The notes under the pieces were generated by a model, which was not told the DNA's origin, ran no database searches, and was given only the letters and a program-made list of their open reading frames with translations. The position numbers and the translations under genes were made by a program. From Klebsormidium nitens (taxonomy: Eukaryota > Plantae > Klebsormidiophyceae), in contig DF236992.1 in assembly GCA_000708835.1 (NCBI GenBank), positions 14,591 through 78,590 of the forward strand: a stretch of DNA of 64,000 nucleotides, given 5' to 3'. Positions within the stretch are counted from its first letter, which is position 1. Every line of letters begins with the position of its first letter. Below are positions 46,806 through 60,400 of this stretch, in pieces.

Positions 46806-49800
46806 CTAGCTGATAGTAGGAAGCTTGGTGTTATTTAGCCTCTCTAGGGCCAAGACAAGCGCTTGCGTCCCTAAATTGCTTTCTTCATGGGCCTTCAGAG
46901 ACACATAAAGTGATTGGGCCTGCGGACAATGTTGGACCGACATCAGTGGTGTTTCGTACACACCACTTGGATAAAAAGGTATCACAAGACGTGATGATTG
47001 GAAGATGCATGAGGAGGTCATCGACAAACAAGTTACCGACACGGATCTACTCCTTTCAATGTCTCAACGACTTCTTCCATCTTCCTCAGAAGCATAAGCA
47101 AAAGACGCCCTCTCTCACGATCCACGAAGAAGCAGGTAGAAGTGACCTCTTACTGACTGTCTTCCTTTGAACGTTAAGGGGACGCCATGGATAGGCCCAG
47201 TGGGACCACCGCATCTGATTCGTGGCATTGAACGAACTCACATGGCTACTGAGGGCCTTGCTTTCTCGAAGCAGACTGGTAAGGACGAGGTTAAGGACTC
47301 TGCAAGACCAAGATACCTGCTCTAGACCAGATTTAAAGGCCCTCACCAGTGCTAAGCCCGGTAGCGACAAACCCATCCTCTGGCACTCGTTCAGGGCAAT
47401 CCCAAGGTCCTTCACAAAGTGGGCGACGAAGAAGCCTGCAAAGGGCACAAACGGTCGCCAATGAGGATGCAGCCCAGGCGATCGCAAAAGCGGCCGAAAC
47501 TGCAAAACTGGACGGGTTGCGACACACCAAGTTCGCTGACCGCTGACTTGGCTCTCTGATGATGCATGCAAGAGTCGAGTTTCGAACTTCGTGCCCCTCT
47601 GAACATGCGAGTACGTTGGTATCAGAATGAACAGACACAGTCGTAGTGAGGACCTAAGCGAATGACTTCCAGACACTTAAATAAAAGCGGTGGAATGATC
47701 AACCGCCAACGAAAACCAAGGCAGTCGATAGATTGTCCTCCGAGGTTTCATTCTGCCATTAGTTGCTTCCACGACGTGATACGCTCGAGCCTGCTGGGCC
47801 CGCCAACAATGGGGAAGACCCGACCGGTTTCGGCCCATCTTGGTCCACATATGCCGGAGCGCTAGACCAAAACCCCAATCAGCCTTGAAACACTTTACCA
47901 TGTGCAGCCAGCCAGTATCGGATTGGTATGGCAGACCTTCGGGGTTTGATTACCTGGATCGAAATCCCGTTGCAGGATGCGTTGCGAGTAGAGCTCTAAT
48001 GACTTAGACGCGGCAGCGCCGCTAGAGATGGCCCGCAAGTACCTGCGCATGATGCAAACGAAACCGGGTTTGCATTAAGCACTGGTTAACCTGCACTCCT
48101 CGATGACGCGACGTTTTGCAGACATTTTTGGCCAGTCTTGCCAGTTTTGGGGTACCGTATTCAAGCTTGACGATGCCCGATCAATAGACAAATGACGGTG
48201 AATCGTCAAGCACAGCCCTGGCTTCCCCGGCATCACACAAATAACAACCAGAAAGCTGCCGCTCACGGGCGGAAAGGATTTTAAGACGCTGGCCGCATCT
48301 GCAGAAAGAGACTCCGTGCAGTCGCACCCGGATGCGACCAAATTGATCAAGATCAATAATTACTTCCGTAGGGAAGTTCGGCTTTTTGGAGTTCCCCATA
48401 TCAAAACGTTCGAAAGCCAATCGGATGTCAAGTCTTTTACCCGTCTACCAAGGCACGACTCTCACGGAAACCAGCTGTCTTCTGTTCGTGCTGAACTGAA
48501 CGTAATCGCAGCACCGTCAGGCCACGTTTAGTTTGATGGGAAGACTTTGACAGAAGCACAGCTTAAGAGGGGCGAATCGACGGCTTACGTCGGGACGTCC
48601 AGGCCCGCTTTGTGCGCGTACAACATCCCCTGAAAACGGTCGGAGTGAGTCATCAGTGAGTTCAGATCGACTCCACCTAACCTTGCATTTGTGCTCATTT
48701 TCCACATGTTTCAGCAAGAGACTTGAGAAGACAGACAAGGACCGCACATTAGCGTCTCTTACCAACCAAAGAAATCCTACCCCAAAATCAAGGCCGTCGC
48801 CTCGAGCCCCGCCGACGTCAGAGCTTCAGCTGGCCACGTGCAACGCTTGACCGCCGATTCCGTCGGCACCATGACTTTACCAAGTTATTCCACATGTTTT
48901 CGCTCCTGAAAGGCGTGTCTGTGACTTACCTCAACCATTCCCACCATGGTAGACGCGATCGTAATCTGGTTCGCCATTTTGCAGTGCTGCCCGTTCCCAG
49001 CGGGGCCCATGTACGTGGTGTTACCCATCGCGTTCAGCAGAGGGGCCAGTGCCGCAACCTGTGAAGTACAACCAGGAGGGATGTGTTTTGTTCTGAAGGA
49101 AGTTGGTAGAGACTGGATAACTGCAACTTGGGGTGTTCGAGACTATCGCCTTGGTTCATGGCATCACCACGTTGGAACGTCCACAACTCCAAGCAGAGCG
49201 TCTGGTCTTGAAACCTACAATGTTGAGCACCTTTGAACCCCCACCTGGCAAAATAGGGCTCAAAAAACCGTCATGCATTAAGAGCAGAATCAGATTGTAC
49301 TAGTTTTCAAGGCGAGGGAGCGACCAAGTCGAAGCGGCGTGCTTTGCAAGTGTCACTTATTGCCCCCATCGATAGTATCATAGAATCGAAGGCGTCCAAG
49401 TCCCAGTACTACCTGGCCTCACACTAAGAAAACAGCATCCAAGATCGTGCGTTTTTGGTTCAAAGTAGCGACTTCGTGCTTAAAAAAGTGAGTTGAACAA
49501 GGAACAAGAAGATGGTTTGTCGGTTTTCTGACGAGGGACAACAGCAGTCCCCGGCGGCCGTGACGGCCAGCGGAACAGACTCGCTGTCGAAGCCTATGGA
49601 AGCACGGGCGGAACTTCTGGCTTTCGCCGCGCACGAAAGGACTCCTCTCAATCGAGCATAGATCTTGTTTGCAAATACTGAAGACGATTCCCGAGACAAA
49701 TCAGCTTCGCTGCTAAAACCCGGAGGTAGCAGAAATGAACTATCGACGGTTCCGCGTGAGTATGCTCGACCGAGAAGGAAGCGCAAAACTGGTCTTCCGA

Positions 49801-52496
49801 GCTTCCTCTGCCCTTCTGGCTTCTACTCAGCATGCACCAAGCCCTGAAAGTAGTAACGGAAACGGAAAGGGGAACGGGGTTGGGAATGGACGGTATCCTG
49901 CGGTATGCTGAGAAAAACCGAAAAGGGTAATTCACACAGAGTGCCGAAGGCACTCGCTAATGGCACGTGGCCTCGCTTAAGATTGAAACGTGTCTCGTAC
50001 CGTTTCTTCCCGCCCTCCCGCCATGATGGCCAGCTTCGCGGCTTTTGCGCCCTTGTCTCCGCCAGACACTGGGGCATCGACCGCGTTGCAACCCCTGCGA
50101 AGACACGGACACCGTTTACAATCAAAATCGCTCGTTATCCAAAAAATGATCCTTACTGAGAAGCGTATTGGTTGACGCCTGCACGGGGAAGGTATAGTCC
50201 TCTGGAGTCCAAAAGCCTTCAAAGCCGGAGAGTGTTTCTACCCCATTTACGATGTCAAAAGGGACTGTGGATGAAGGCTTGTAGAGCGAGCAATCTCATT
50301 TACAGCAACTGAGTTCGATCGAAATACACCTGCTATGTGTCTAGTCGAAAGTAGCATATGCGCGGGCTTTTGATGCTTCTTCACCCCACACTGAGTTGAT
50401 GGACCTCTGGCCCTGTCAACGGACGCAACTTAGCAGGAGGCTGTTTGGACAACAGAAAGGGCCTGCAAGTAAAAATTGGCTCGACGACATCTGGCCAGCT
50501 TGGAAAGTCTCAGCCTGTATCTCTAGGAACAAGTTTCCTTACTTTGCCTGCGCTGCTTCGAAAATCTCCCTCGACAGCGACGGCTCGCTCGTCGTCATGT
50601 CCACGATCTGCGGGCGCAAGAGTACAAGGATCGGGTTGCAGGTACAGTGAAACGTGCGCTGGAGGGCAACCTACGTGCAGCCCAGAGAACTAGACTCCGG
50701 CCATTGCAGAACATCATACTGTTTCTTTTTGAGAGCACTCGAATCCAACAGCTTTTGTGAGTAGGAGATGCCTCAAGCCGTTGAAAGTCTCAATCTGAGG
50801 GTCGGGGCGTCAGGACTGGACACGATCCTGCTCGAAGCCGTCTCGATTTGAGATGATGAGTCGCAACTGGGTGATTTGTCGCTCAAGAGAGAACATCCTG
50901 TGCAAGTACAATCGCTCAATATTTCCAAAGGATACACAAGGTCTATTTGCAGTCGCGAGTATCCGAGTGGCCATGCTGAGATGGAACACCAACTTGGACC
51001 AACATATCTGGTACTTTCAAATGGCTCGAAGCGATCATTCGATTCTAATAAAAACTTAGCAGCAAAACCGATCACGAGGACTGACTACTTACGACGCCAC
51101 CCGGCTTGAGCCCTGCAAGCACGCCGCTCTCACCCAGAATGACCTGCCTGACGTCAGCAGGGAATCTGCACGGCAAGAAAAGCAGGTCATTCTGGCATGC
51201 AAATGGCAACTCGGCGGTCCAGAACAAACGTTGCAGGGAAGAGACAGATGGACATCACAACCGATTGGCCACGTGAAAGGCGATATGAAAGCCCTAGGGA
51301 AGCCGCTTCAATATTGGCCTGCTATGCATCTACCCTGGCTTCCGCGATGCAGAAAATTGCATTTTGCATGCTTCTTGTGAAAGAAGTGACTTGCTTAACG
51401 ACAGAGTTTTGGGAGCATATCTTTGCGCATTGAGAGTTTGCCGTACGCCAGCAACACACACAAACATTCAACATCATACAGACTCGCCTGTTGCATCGCA
51501 GCTCACCCCACGATGCTGAATACGACGTCGCTCTGCTCTCCCACCTGCTTTGGCGACTCCGCAACAACTGCGCCCCTGGCTTTCAGTCCGTCTGCCTTGC
51601 TGCATGCTGAAGAGAATACGTTTAGGAGACTGTCATAGTGCCGTACTTCCACCGAATGATCCAAGAAATGTGCCATTATTTTTATTACCATGATACATTT
51701 GAGTAATCCTTGTTCACTTCTTGCTCAGTTGCGGATACTGCCGCGCTCCTTTGACTTTCCTCGAGGCAAAACGGACCAGACAACTTGCGCTCTCTGGAAC
51801 TGCAGAACGGCTGCTATGAAACGTTGATATGTTGGAAGTTTCAAGTAGCCAACGAACCGACCAAGCGTACCTGATTGTACGGTTGTAGACTGTCATTGAG
51901 AAACCAGCGTCCATGATATGCCCGCACATGGCCGCTCCCATGACACCCGTGCCTATCCACCTGCAAGAGTTTCATCTGGCTCCGTGATGTTGGAAATGTG
52001 AATACGCCTTGACTAACTGGTGGACTTGAGTTTACTTTTTCAAAACGACTCCACACAAGCTCCGTTCCTGTGTAAAATTTGAAATTGACTTCTTCAAATT
52101 AACTCCGGACAAGCTCCAATCCTGTGTGACATTCACACAAGTCCTCAAGCAAGAGCCTAAATATGAATCACTGGCTACCTTGAGAATGCTACCTTTGACC
52201 AATTGGTTCACCAAGGCTCTCTGGCTCTCAAGAGTAACCTGTGCAAAAAGAGCCGTTTAGAGCCATGAACACTGAGGAGGACCGAGGATTCGCTGACCAG
52301 TTCACAACAGGTGCATCCTAGGTCCGTCTGTTCATCCTCCAATTCATCAGCATGATTTTCAGGGCGTCTATGAGCCCCTTGATCAGCTTCTTACTTTGAA
52401 GCTTGGCCCCAACAAGAGAGGAGCAACAGTCATCAGGACACAGACTGCTGCTCACCCGACCCGCGTTTTCCCAGGTTCCACCTTTATTGACTCCAT
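46806..52496 (-). CDS. 3-hydroxyisobutyrate dehydrogenase-like / 6-phosphogluconate dehydrogenase family (At4g29120-like), ~305 aa from ATG 52496; exons 52496-52456, 51960-51871, 51599-51507, 51165-51093, 50607-50543, 50094-50001, 49058-48930, 48629-48589, 48042-47954, 47435-47347, 46919-46806
   Basis: Motifs TRVGWIGTGVMG, VDMTTSEP, DAPVSGGDKGA, GQHCKMANQITIASTM, RDFDPGFFVAHFVKDLGI and GTQALVLALERLNN. All phases consistent. The frame stays open upstream of 52496, so an upstream transit-peptide exon is possible. Confidence 0.93.
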
Positions 52497-54535
52497 GGCC
52501 CCCGATCCTTGTTGACTAGCTCTTGTGGCCACCGCTCTCCTCAGTACAGTACTGCAAGGAGTGGCTCTGAAGCAGCAAGTGCCCCCACAAGCTGGCAGTA
52601 ACAGACGGTGCGCCTCTTGAGTAATTATCTCATTGGGACATTTCTAAACTCAACAATTCTACGGGCAAAGTAATGGAAACAAAACTACAGGGAAGTAACA
52701 AGGGGCAGTTGAGGAGTCATGAAGTACACGATCCGTTGAATGCCATCATGAAGGAGAAGTCACACAGATGTCTCTACAGGCAGCTGGGGCTATATTGTGC
52801 CCTCTCTAAGATTTGACTACTTGAAGCGGTTGTCTAGTGAGACATTCTTGACAGTAACTCTCTTGTTCTGCCCACTGCTGCCTTGGTGGCACAAAGTTTG
52901 GCAGTGTTAGCTCCTTTGAGCAAGTAAGGATCAAAGGCCCAGAAACCTTCAAAACAAACAGGCAAACTGACCTCCCGCATTCACAAATGCACGCCAAGCG
53001 GCTGACCTTTTCGCTTGGACGTCAAGTGCGAAGTATATTGCTTGATAGCGTGTTCATCCAAACTTGAAGAAGTGCCTCGGATGTCAGAGTCAACAAGCTG
53101 GATCCCAGTTCTGATTGCTAGACACTGGTTGGGGATGACCGCAATCCCTAGGCCACCTGCATTTGCGTACGTCAGCAGCCGGGAACCAATTGGTTTTGCG
53201 ACGGCGGTGATTTTTTGCAATGCTGTGGCAGTTGGAGCGGGACTTAGGGCAATCATAGCACTGGATGTCTCGTGAAAGCAGATTTGTTTGAAGGGATTGG
53301 TTGTACCTAAGCGCTCATATACATCTTTTAAAGTCCAAGTAGCAAGCGCCTGACAGTGACAGCTTTCCGAGGCAGATGAACATACCTAGCCTGCGTGGGC
53401 AATGTACTATGCAGAGCAAGCAGCTGAGCAAGGACCAAGGAGCAAGTTAGGTACCTAGGACAGGGAAATTCGGGGAAATTCGAGTCACTCAAAATGCAGA
53501 TATATTCAGGGACCAATACGCGCTCTAGAAAGAAGCTTTCGACCGGCCTACTCAACTGCGATAGCCAGTTGGACCGTGACCATAGCGCATCGGCCCTATT
53601 AAAATCGTGATTTATTCTGAATCTCAGCAAGATCTGCACAGTACAGATCAGACTGGTGCAGAGCACAGGAGCCTGAGCCTGAGGAGGAAGGACGGAGGCG
53701 CCGCGAAAATTGAAAGCTGAATCTTCTGCAGGAGGAATAGAGAGTTGCTGAGTGCTGCCTCGGATATTAACGGGTTAGGCCCAGCCAGGTACGCCCTCTA
53801 CTACTTTTGATGAGCAATTTGAGTAAGCGCTTCGTCCTAGGCGGGGTTTTGTTTGAAGCACACGGTGTCCTAATGAGACATGTTTTGAAAATAACCTCTT
53901 TGGGCTTCTCCTCACCGTGCCATTGATTCAGGTCATGTGAGGCGTTGCGGACAATCACCTTGTCTCTTTTGATAAGCAGACACCTTGTCAGTGATTGTGT
54001 CAGCTCTCGTACCACTCGTCGTCGAGTGGTCAATCATACACAATAGTATGATCGATGGAAGGATCTGGGTTCTTGCAATAGTTCACTGTTGATCACCACA
54101 TTGATATAAGTGGATAAGGTATCTGCTCGGGGACCTCTGTTGTGTCACATCATCTTCAGCGGCTAAACTGAGACGGTAAACTTTCTACATAAGCTATGCT
54201 TCTATGAAAACCCTAAACATCATTTTGAATGCACACATGCCTGTGGAAGGACGCTACTTGTATTTGGGTCATATACACAGCATTCGTGCACATTGACTCA
54301 CCCTCAACTCTACTCTAAGCAATAGTTTCAGGAGACCTGTGCGTAAAAGCTATGTGAGGAACCTGCGCAATCTTCAGTTGAATCTTGCAAACGCGGTTTA
54401 AGGAATTACTGGGGTTAAGGAATCACTGGAGATTTGCAGCTTGCCGTTGCCTCTATCAGCGGCTATCCCTACACAGCGGAGCTGCTGTACGCAGCCTGCT
54501 CATCGATTGGACTTAAATCTCTTCCGCATCCGCAG

Positions 54536-55112
54536 ATGAAGGCTATTGACTTCGCTTTCCGTTCTGTAACTGCGGGGCTGGGAGTGGCAACTATTGCTTT
54601 GGGGGCGGGCCTGATTGTCAACGTCATCAGTGGCCTCTCATACCACGCTGCAGTGAGTCCGCGACCTTATTGAACTAGTGTCTTCTTCTCTTCTGATGCA
54701 ACAACTGTTGATACTGACCAAGACATTGGTAGTTTCGGAAGAGCCATTGAAGGGAAGTACTGGCCACTTAACCAGGCTTAGTTAAGCGCGCTGAGTGTTC
54801 CTTGATCAAGCCTCCCTGATTGGGGTCGGCCAAGAGATGGATTGAGGGCCAAAGTTTGAATTGACAGGGTCCCAGCTGGAAGACTTGCCTAAGCAGGCGC
54901 GCATGTGAGTGATGCAAAGCCTTATGTTTTGTCCACTTTCGGTGGATCAGTTGCGGCCCGGATGATGGGAGGAAAGCTTTCGCTAGCCATTTGATCCTCA
55001 GCCCTGCAGAGTGACTCTGTTGACATTGAGTCAGCGAGTACACGTGACCTACTCTCATGTGGTGCAGGTTCCAAAGCCTGAACAGAAGCTGAACGAGCAG
55101 GAGCGGTCCTAA
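54536..55112 (+). CDS. 53-aa single-TM microprotein, COX14-like (complex IV assembly); exons 54536-54652, 55068-55112
   Basis: MKAIDFAFRSVTAGLGVATIALGAGLIVNVISGLSYHAA|VPKPEQKLNEQERS*, with strong donor GCA|GTGAGT and acceptor TGCAG|. Resembles recalled plant D.AF(K/R)..T.GLG.ATI...NV..GLS(W/Y)H peptides assigned to COX14. Confidence 0.62.
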
Positions 55113-55660
55113 GCTCGATAAAGGTGGGGAACTCCGCACCATTTGATTTGATATGACATGTGATTTTTTTTGTGGTGGTCGGTTCTTTTGGCAGTCGAAT
55201 TGGAAGGAAGTTCTTCAGGATGCCTCTATTTGTGTCGTGGCTTGGTTTTGGATGCCGTCTAGTCAGTGGCGGCTTGCGCAAGTCCAGAACTTGCTTGGAG
55301 TGTACTCTTGGTTTCAGTTGCAGCTGGTGTCTGCACACACCACTTGTGGAAGCAGATGTGTGAGTTTTCACCCCAGTTGGCAGCGAAGCAAGGAGCCAAC
55401 GACGGAAGGTCCTGCAAACGTGTCTGTTCCGAGGATGTTCACGAGCTCCACACTGCGTCCGTGTTGCACTCCTCGTGCAGTCCAGCAAACTTGAAAGTGA
55501 TAGCAAGGGCCCAATGTTGTTCGTGTTTCATGGTTCTCTTGTGATTCTTCAGAGGCGACTCTCGTGAACACCACTCTTTTCGTTCCTAAAGCGTCCTGAT
55601 TTCCAGCTGCAGTCCTGTGGCCGTTGATCAGCTCCCGTAAAAGCGAAAAAGAGAGGCACA

Positions 55661-55879
55661 ATGGCAGGGGGCGGGATGGACGTTCACCAGAACAAGTACA
55701 TCGAGGAGTGGGCCACAAAGCGCGAGAACATCGAGAAAGTTTTCAAGTTCAATGGGCGTTCCTTGTCAAGGATTGCCTTGTTTGGTGTTCTCATCCCCGT
55801 TGCCATCTACCAAGTAACAGTTGCTGAGTTTCACAAGACCGACGAGCTCAAAGGTAGGCCGCTCAAGAAGTTAATGTAG
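55661..55879 (+). CDS. NDUFB4: NADH:ubiquinone oxidoreductase subunit B15 (NDUFB4), 72 aa, intronless
   Basis: MAGGGMDVHQNKYIEEWATKRENIEKVFKF...IALFGVLIPVAIYQVTVAEFH...GRPLKKLM is colinear with recalled Arabidopsis At2g31490 (MGGGMETNKNKFIEDW...RENLE...GRP.RKFL). Confidence 0.88.
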   Translation: MAGGGMDVHQNKYIEEWATKRENIEKVFKFNGRSLSRIALFGVLIPVAIYQVTVAEFHKTDELKGRPLKKLM

Positions 55880-55890
55880 TCAGTCAGATG

Positions 55891-56030
55891 TTTTGGGTCC
55901 ACTACCCATTCTGAAACCTCAACGTTCCTGAATTGGAAGGTGTAAGTCAGTATCGAGAAGCTGTTTCGAACTTTCTGGGTCCACTACCCATTTTGACACT
56001 TTCAACGTTTCTGGATCGAAGGTGTCAAGA
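55891..56030 (+). repeat. Imperfect ~55-bp direct repeat in the NDUFB4 3' region
   Basis: TGGGTCCACTACCCATT.TGA.AC.T.CAACGTT.CTG.AT.GAAGGTGT occurs at ~55894 and ~55976. Confidence 0.85.
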
Positions 56031-57445
56031 AATGAGCGGGAACTGTTCCAAAGTAGAAGAGTTTGTGCGTGCTTCTAAGCTCTGCTTGCATGCACTTGGA
56101 CCATCATAAAGAGCATCTTTACGATTGACTTTTAGTTCTCTATTCTAGGCACATAAAAGACCGGTCGCAAATTGGTCCTTTTCTATTCAAGGCCAAAGCC
56201 ATCAACAGTTGTGAAGGCGCTTCAACGTGGCATTTGCTAGAACAAGTATTATGTGGCCATGATGGAACGTGGATGGAACGTTATGCAGAGTTCGTTCTTT
56301 CTGCATCTTGAGGCTTCACCAAGGTCCGTTTGAAACTTGCTGCTTGCAAACGTGAGACTTCATTGCGGCTGCCAAGTAACGCCCGTTCGCACAAGATTTG
56401 TTGCTAGCTGCCCTTCTTCAAGACACGTTGTGGTGTCATGTTAAAGAGGACACTACTATACGAAGCCTTAGGTCAGCTATGGCAAGGTATGTCATCTCAC
56501 AATGAGGAGTACATGCAGCGCGGCAGCAGGCTTGAATGGCATGCAATATCCGATGTTTTTACGGACTGAACGTGGTCCCAAACACCACGACAACAGCCGG
56601 AATGGCTCGCTGCCAGACCGTGCATGTGCAACCTGCTCAAGTGACGGTTGTGTAGATTCCCGACCTGCTGTAGTTGATCCGAGCCCGCCTGCAGAGGAAT
56701 TTGATTCCCCCTTGATCTTCGCCATCGAGCTTCGAGTTTCAGAGTTTGGGAATTGTTCCTAAATTTAAGGGGGGCTCTGATTCCTAGCTAAACATCACGG
56801 ACCGTCCTGGTTCTTGGTTATGGAATTCTGCACACTGCACATCATTGGACCTCAATGTTGAATGGATATACTCGCAAAACTCGATGGTCTCTGTTCGTAT
56901 TCGCCGTAGCCCCCCCGTGTGCCCCCCGCCCGCCCCCCGTTCCCCCGTAGCCAAATAGGTAGGCCATAGGCTTCTCATGCGTCATGGCATACACATGTGG
57001 TGTGTTGATTGATGGTCAGGCTACCGTCTGCAACAGTGTTTGCATTGAATGCCTGGCTCCTAATACTCGCTCTCTCGCTCCTTTCATTGAACCGTCTTGC
57101 AACTCTTCAACTCTTGCATCATAGACTTGTAATATTGCCCAAGTCACGCCACGCGGCTACAACTAGGGTGGGTCATTATTCAGAGCCACATTGGAGTACC
57201 TACAGGAAGTCAGGAAGCATTCAATGCCAACCTAAGTTGGAGTCGGAAGTTTTGGCAGTTTGGTGGCATTGCCGCCTGCGTGGGGGCATCCAAATTCCAG
57301 GGCGCACTTTCTGCCCAATTTTCGTGCCTGTCTTCCTTCTTCGTGTTCCGCCACGGTCACTTATCCTACACATTGGGCTAAGCAGCATTAAGCAATTCAG
57401 TCACATTGACAGGCGGTGTCCTTGTCCGTATCGCCCCTAGCCACA

Positions 57446-60400
57446 ATGTCGTCTGTTGAGAAGTCTGAGAAGAAGAAGAAGAAAAGCAAAGCGAAGTCTG
57501 AGCCGGAGGAGGCCGCTCCGGAGGCAAATGGGGTGCTTGCAGACGCGGCAGCGGGCAATGCACAGCTCTCGACTGACTTCCTTATCAAACCCGAGAACAT
57601 TACCGCCAAGCTCGACACGTCAAAGTGGCCCATATTGCTCAAGAACTACGACAAGCTGAACGTGCGCACCGGGCATTACACGCCAATCCCCACCGGTTTC
57701 TCGCCGCTCAAGCGGCCTCTCTACGACTATGTAAGGTACGGGGTGATAAACCTCGACAAGCCAGCGAACCCGTCGTCGCACGAGGTGGTCGCGTGGATCC
57801 GGCGGATTCTGCGGGTAGATAAAACCGGGCACAGCGGGACGCTTGACCCGAAGGTGACGGGCAGCCTGGTCGTGTGCATCGACCGCGCGACGCGGCTCGT
57901 GAAGGCGCAGCAGGGCGCCGGGAAGGAGTACGTGTGCGTTGCACGGCTCCACTCTGCGGTGGACGACGTCGCCAAGGTGGCGCGGGCAATCGAGACGCTG
58001 ACGGGCGCGCTGTTCCAGCGCCCGCCGCTCATCTCAGCCGTCAAGCGGCAGCTGCGCATTCGGACGATCTACAAGAGCAAGCTGTTGGAGTACGATGCGG
58101 AGCGGCAGCTGGTCGTGTTCTGGGTGTCGTGCGAGGCGGGGACGTACATCCGGACGCTGTGCGTGCACTTGGGGCTGCTGCTAGGGGTGGGCGGGCATAT
58201 GCAGGAGCTCCGGAGAGTGCGGAGCGGGATCCTGGGGGAGCAGGACAATCTGGTAACGATGCACGACGTGCTCGATGCGCAGTGGCAGTATGACAACTAC
58301 AAAGGTGGGTACACGGGAATGGTTTTGGATGGGCGGTAATGGTTGTGGACATTGCTGAGGTTTGTTTCCATGCCGCTGGGGTTGAGGGGCACTGAAGAGG
58401 CACTAGTTGGAAAAAGGTGCACCGGTCTGTAGGCCACTGCATTGTTGGCGGACATATGCAAAGTCTTCATTTTGGGTTTTTTGAAGTTCGGTGTTTTGTG
58501 ACTGTACAAACTGTGATTGTGTTGCCTGCTTGGGCAATGCTGGACCTGGGGAGCTTGAACTTGTTGGCACTTTCTGGCTTTCAAAGTTCTTCTCGGGGCC
58601 AGATTCGGTGTTGGGTTCCTTGACGGAGTGCAAACCAGTACCTTGTTGGATACTGCAAATCATGCAGAGCATTCGAAGGTGTTTCGCTTGTTTGGCACCC
58701 ATTGTTGGCACCCATTGTGTAAGCGCCGCCAGTGTCCATTTTGAAAGTTTAATATAGTCAAAGCTTAGGTCTTCCCTAGCAAATCTGATTGGCAATGCTG
58801 GGACATTGCTGAGAACGTAGGTCTTGGTAGTTCAAGCCCCTGAGTCTTCACATTGAGTGGCAACAATAAGCCGCGGAAGTCCACTTCTCTGCTGGTAGAG
58901 TTTCCAGGACTCAACGTCCTTCCACCTCAGTAATGATACATGAGAGCGGCACCCCACGCTTCAACACGCCAATCGGTCTGAGTGGTGCGGACGGTCATTC
59001 TTTCTACTCAAAGCTTGTAATTCTAGAGTTGGCGGGCAATATTGCAGTGTGAACTTGGAGTAGAAGGTGGGCCCCAGTTTTTGCTGTCAGCTGCCGTTCA
59101 AGCAGATGGATAGAAACGGCAAATGGTGCACAGCTAACTCGGTTGCACGACCGTCAGGTCACCTTTTGACCGCTCACAAATCAGTGCACAGTTGTCACTT
59201 GATGGGCCTTCAGGACAGGTTTTTAATGACAGCGCACTTGCTTCGAGTTGGTGGGCACTTACGAATGTTCGAGGTTCCCACGAGTTCCTTTGAAGCAAGC
59301 TTTTTGGGCTGGCAGCTGCCCTTACTCAGTTGCGCAGACAAGGCGGCCTGTGTCAGCCTCCGCTCCTTATGGGTTTGATCTGCCTCACCAGGCTTTGTTT
59401 GAGAGTTTTTGAAAGAGCGCCTCCCAATGGTTCAAGGCTACGTAGCCACATCTTTCAATATCTTCCCCAGAGTTGGTTACCATCTCTGATTATCTGGAAT
59501 GATCACCTTCAAGACTTTGACTGCCACTTCATCATTACGTGCCACATTCAGACACCCTCCCTATAAGCACCACCTCGCTCTTTCCACAGGTCCTGTCTGC
59601 TTCTCTGGAAGAAGTGAACCTGGACTAGAATCATCGCTACACTATTTTTTTCATCCTCTTTCTTTCAGTGGGATCCACTTGTCTCACTGCGCTGCCCCGC
59701 TTATGCCTATCACAGATGAGGCATACCTGCGGCGCGTCATCTCCCCTCTGGAGATCCTGCTGACCAGCTACAAGCGGATCGTGGTCAAGGACAGCGCAGT
59801 GAACGCCATCTGCTATGGGGCAAAGCTCATGATCCCGGGGCTGCTTAGGTGAGGCATTCATTTCCGTCATTATTTCCATCCCTCCTAAGTTTGATCTGGA
59901 CTGCGCCACACCTAAAGTTGATTTTATTCTCCAGTTGCTTCCAGCGAAATATGGCCGCTTCGGTCCCTCCGCCCCATGATCGAAGCTCAGACTAGTCCTT
60001 CAAGATCCGGCGCTTCTCCCCTGCTTTTTATACTGGGCTTACACCCTCCCAAGCTTTTGTTGCCCACTTCACCTCCGCCAGCTTTCGACCTTCTGCACCT
60101 GCCTCTCTGAGGATGCTTGTAATTCTGAGTGTCTGGTGGAGGCCCGTTCTATGCAAGGTCTGTCCAATGTATTCTTGCATATTCCAGGTGTTTTTGCGCT
60201 TCTTGTGGAACCTGTCTCGATTGCAAACGGACCTCCCAACCTTTCATCCAACTTGTTGCCTAAATTTCGATTCCTTGGTAACGTTTGCTTACATTTCTTC
60301 CTTACGTCCATGTGTCTTGAACATGGCTATCGCCCATCGGCCTCTCTCTTTTCGCCAGCAGCTCAGCTCCAAGCTGGCAACACTCTGCGAGTTGCTCTGT

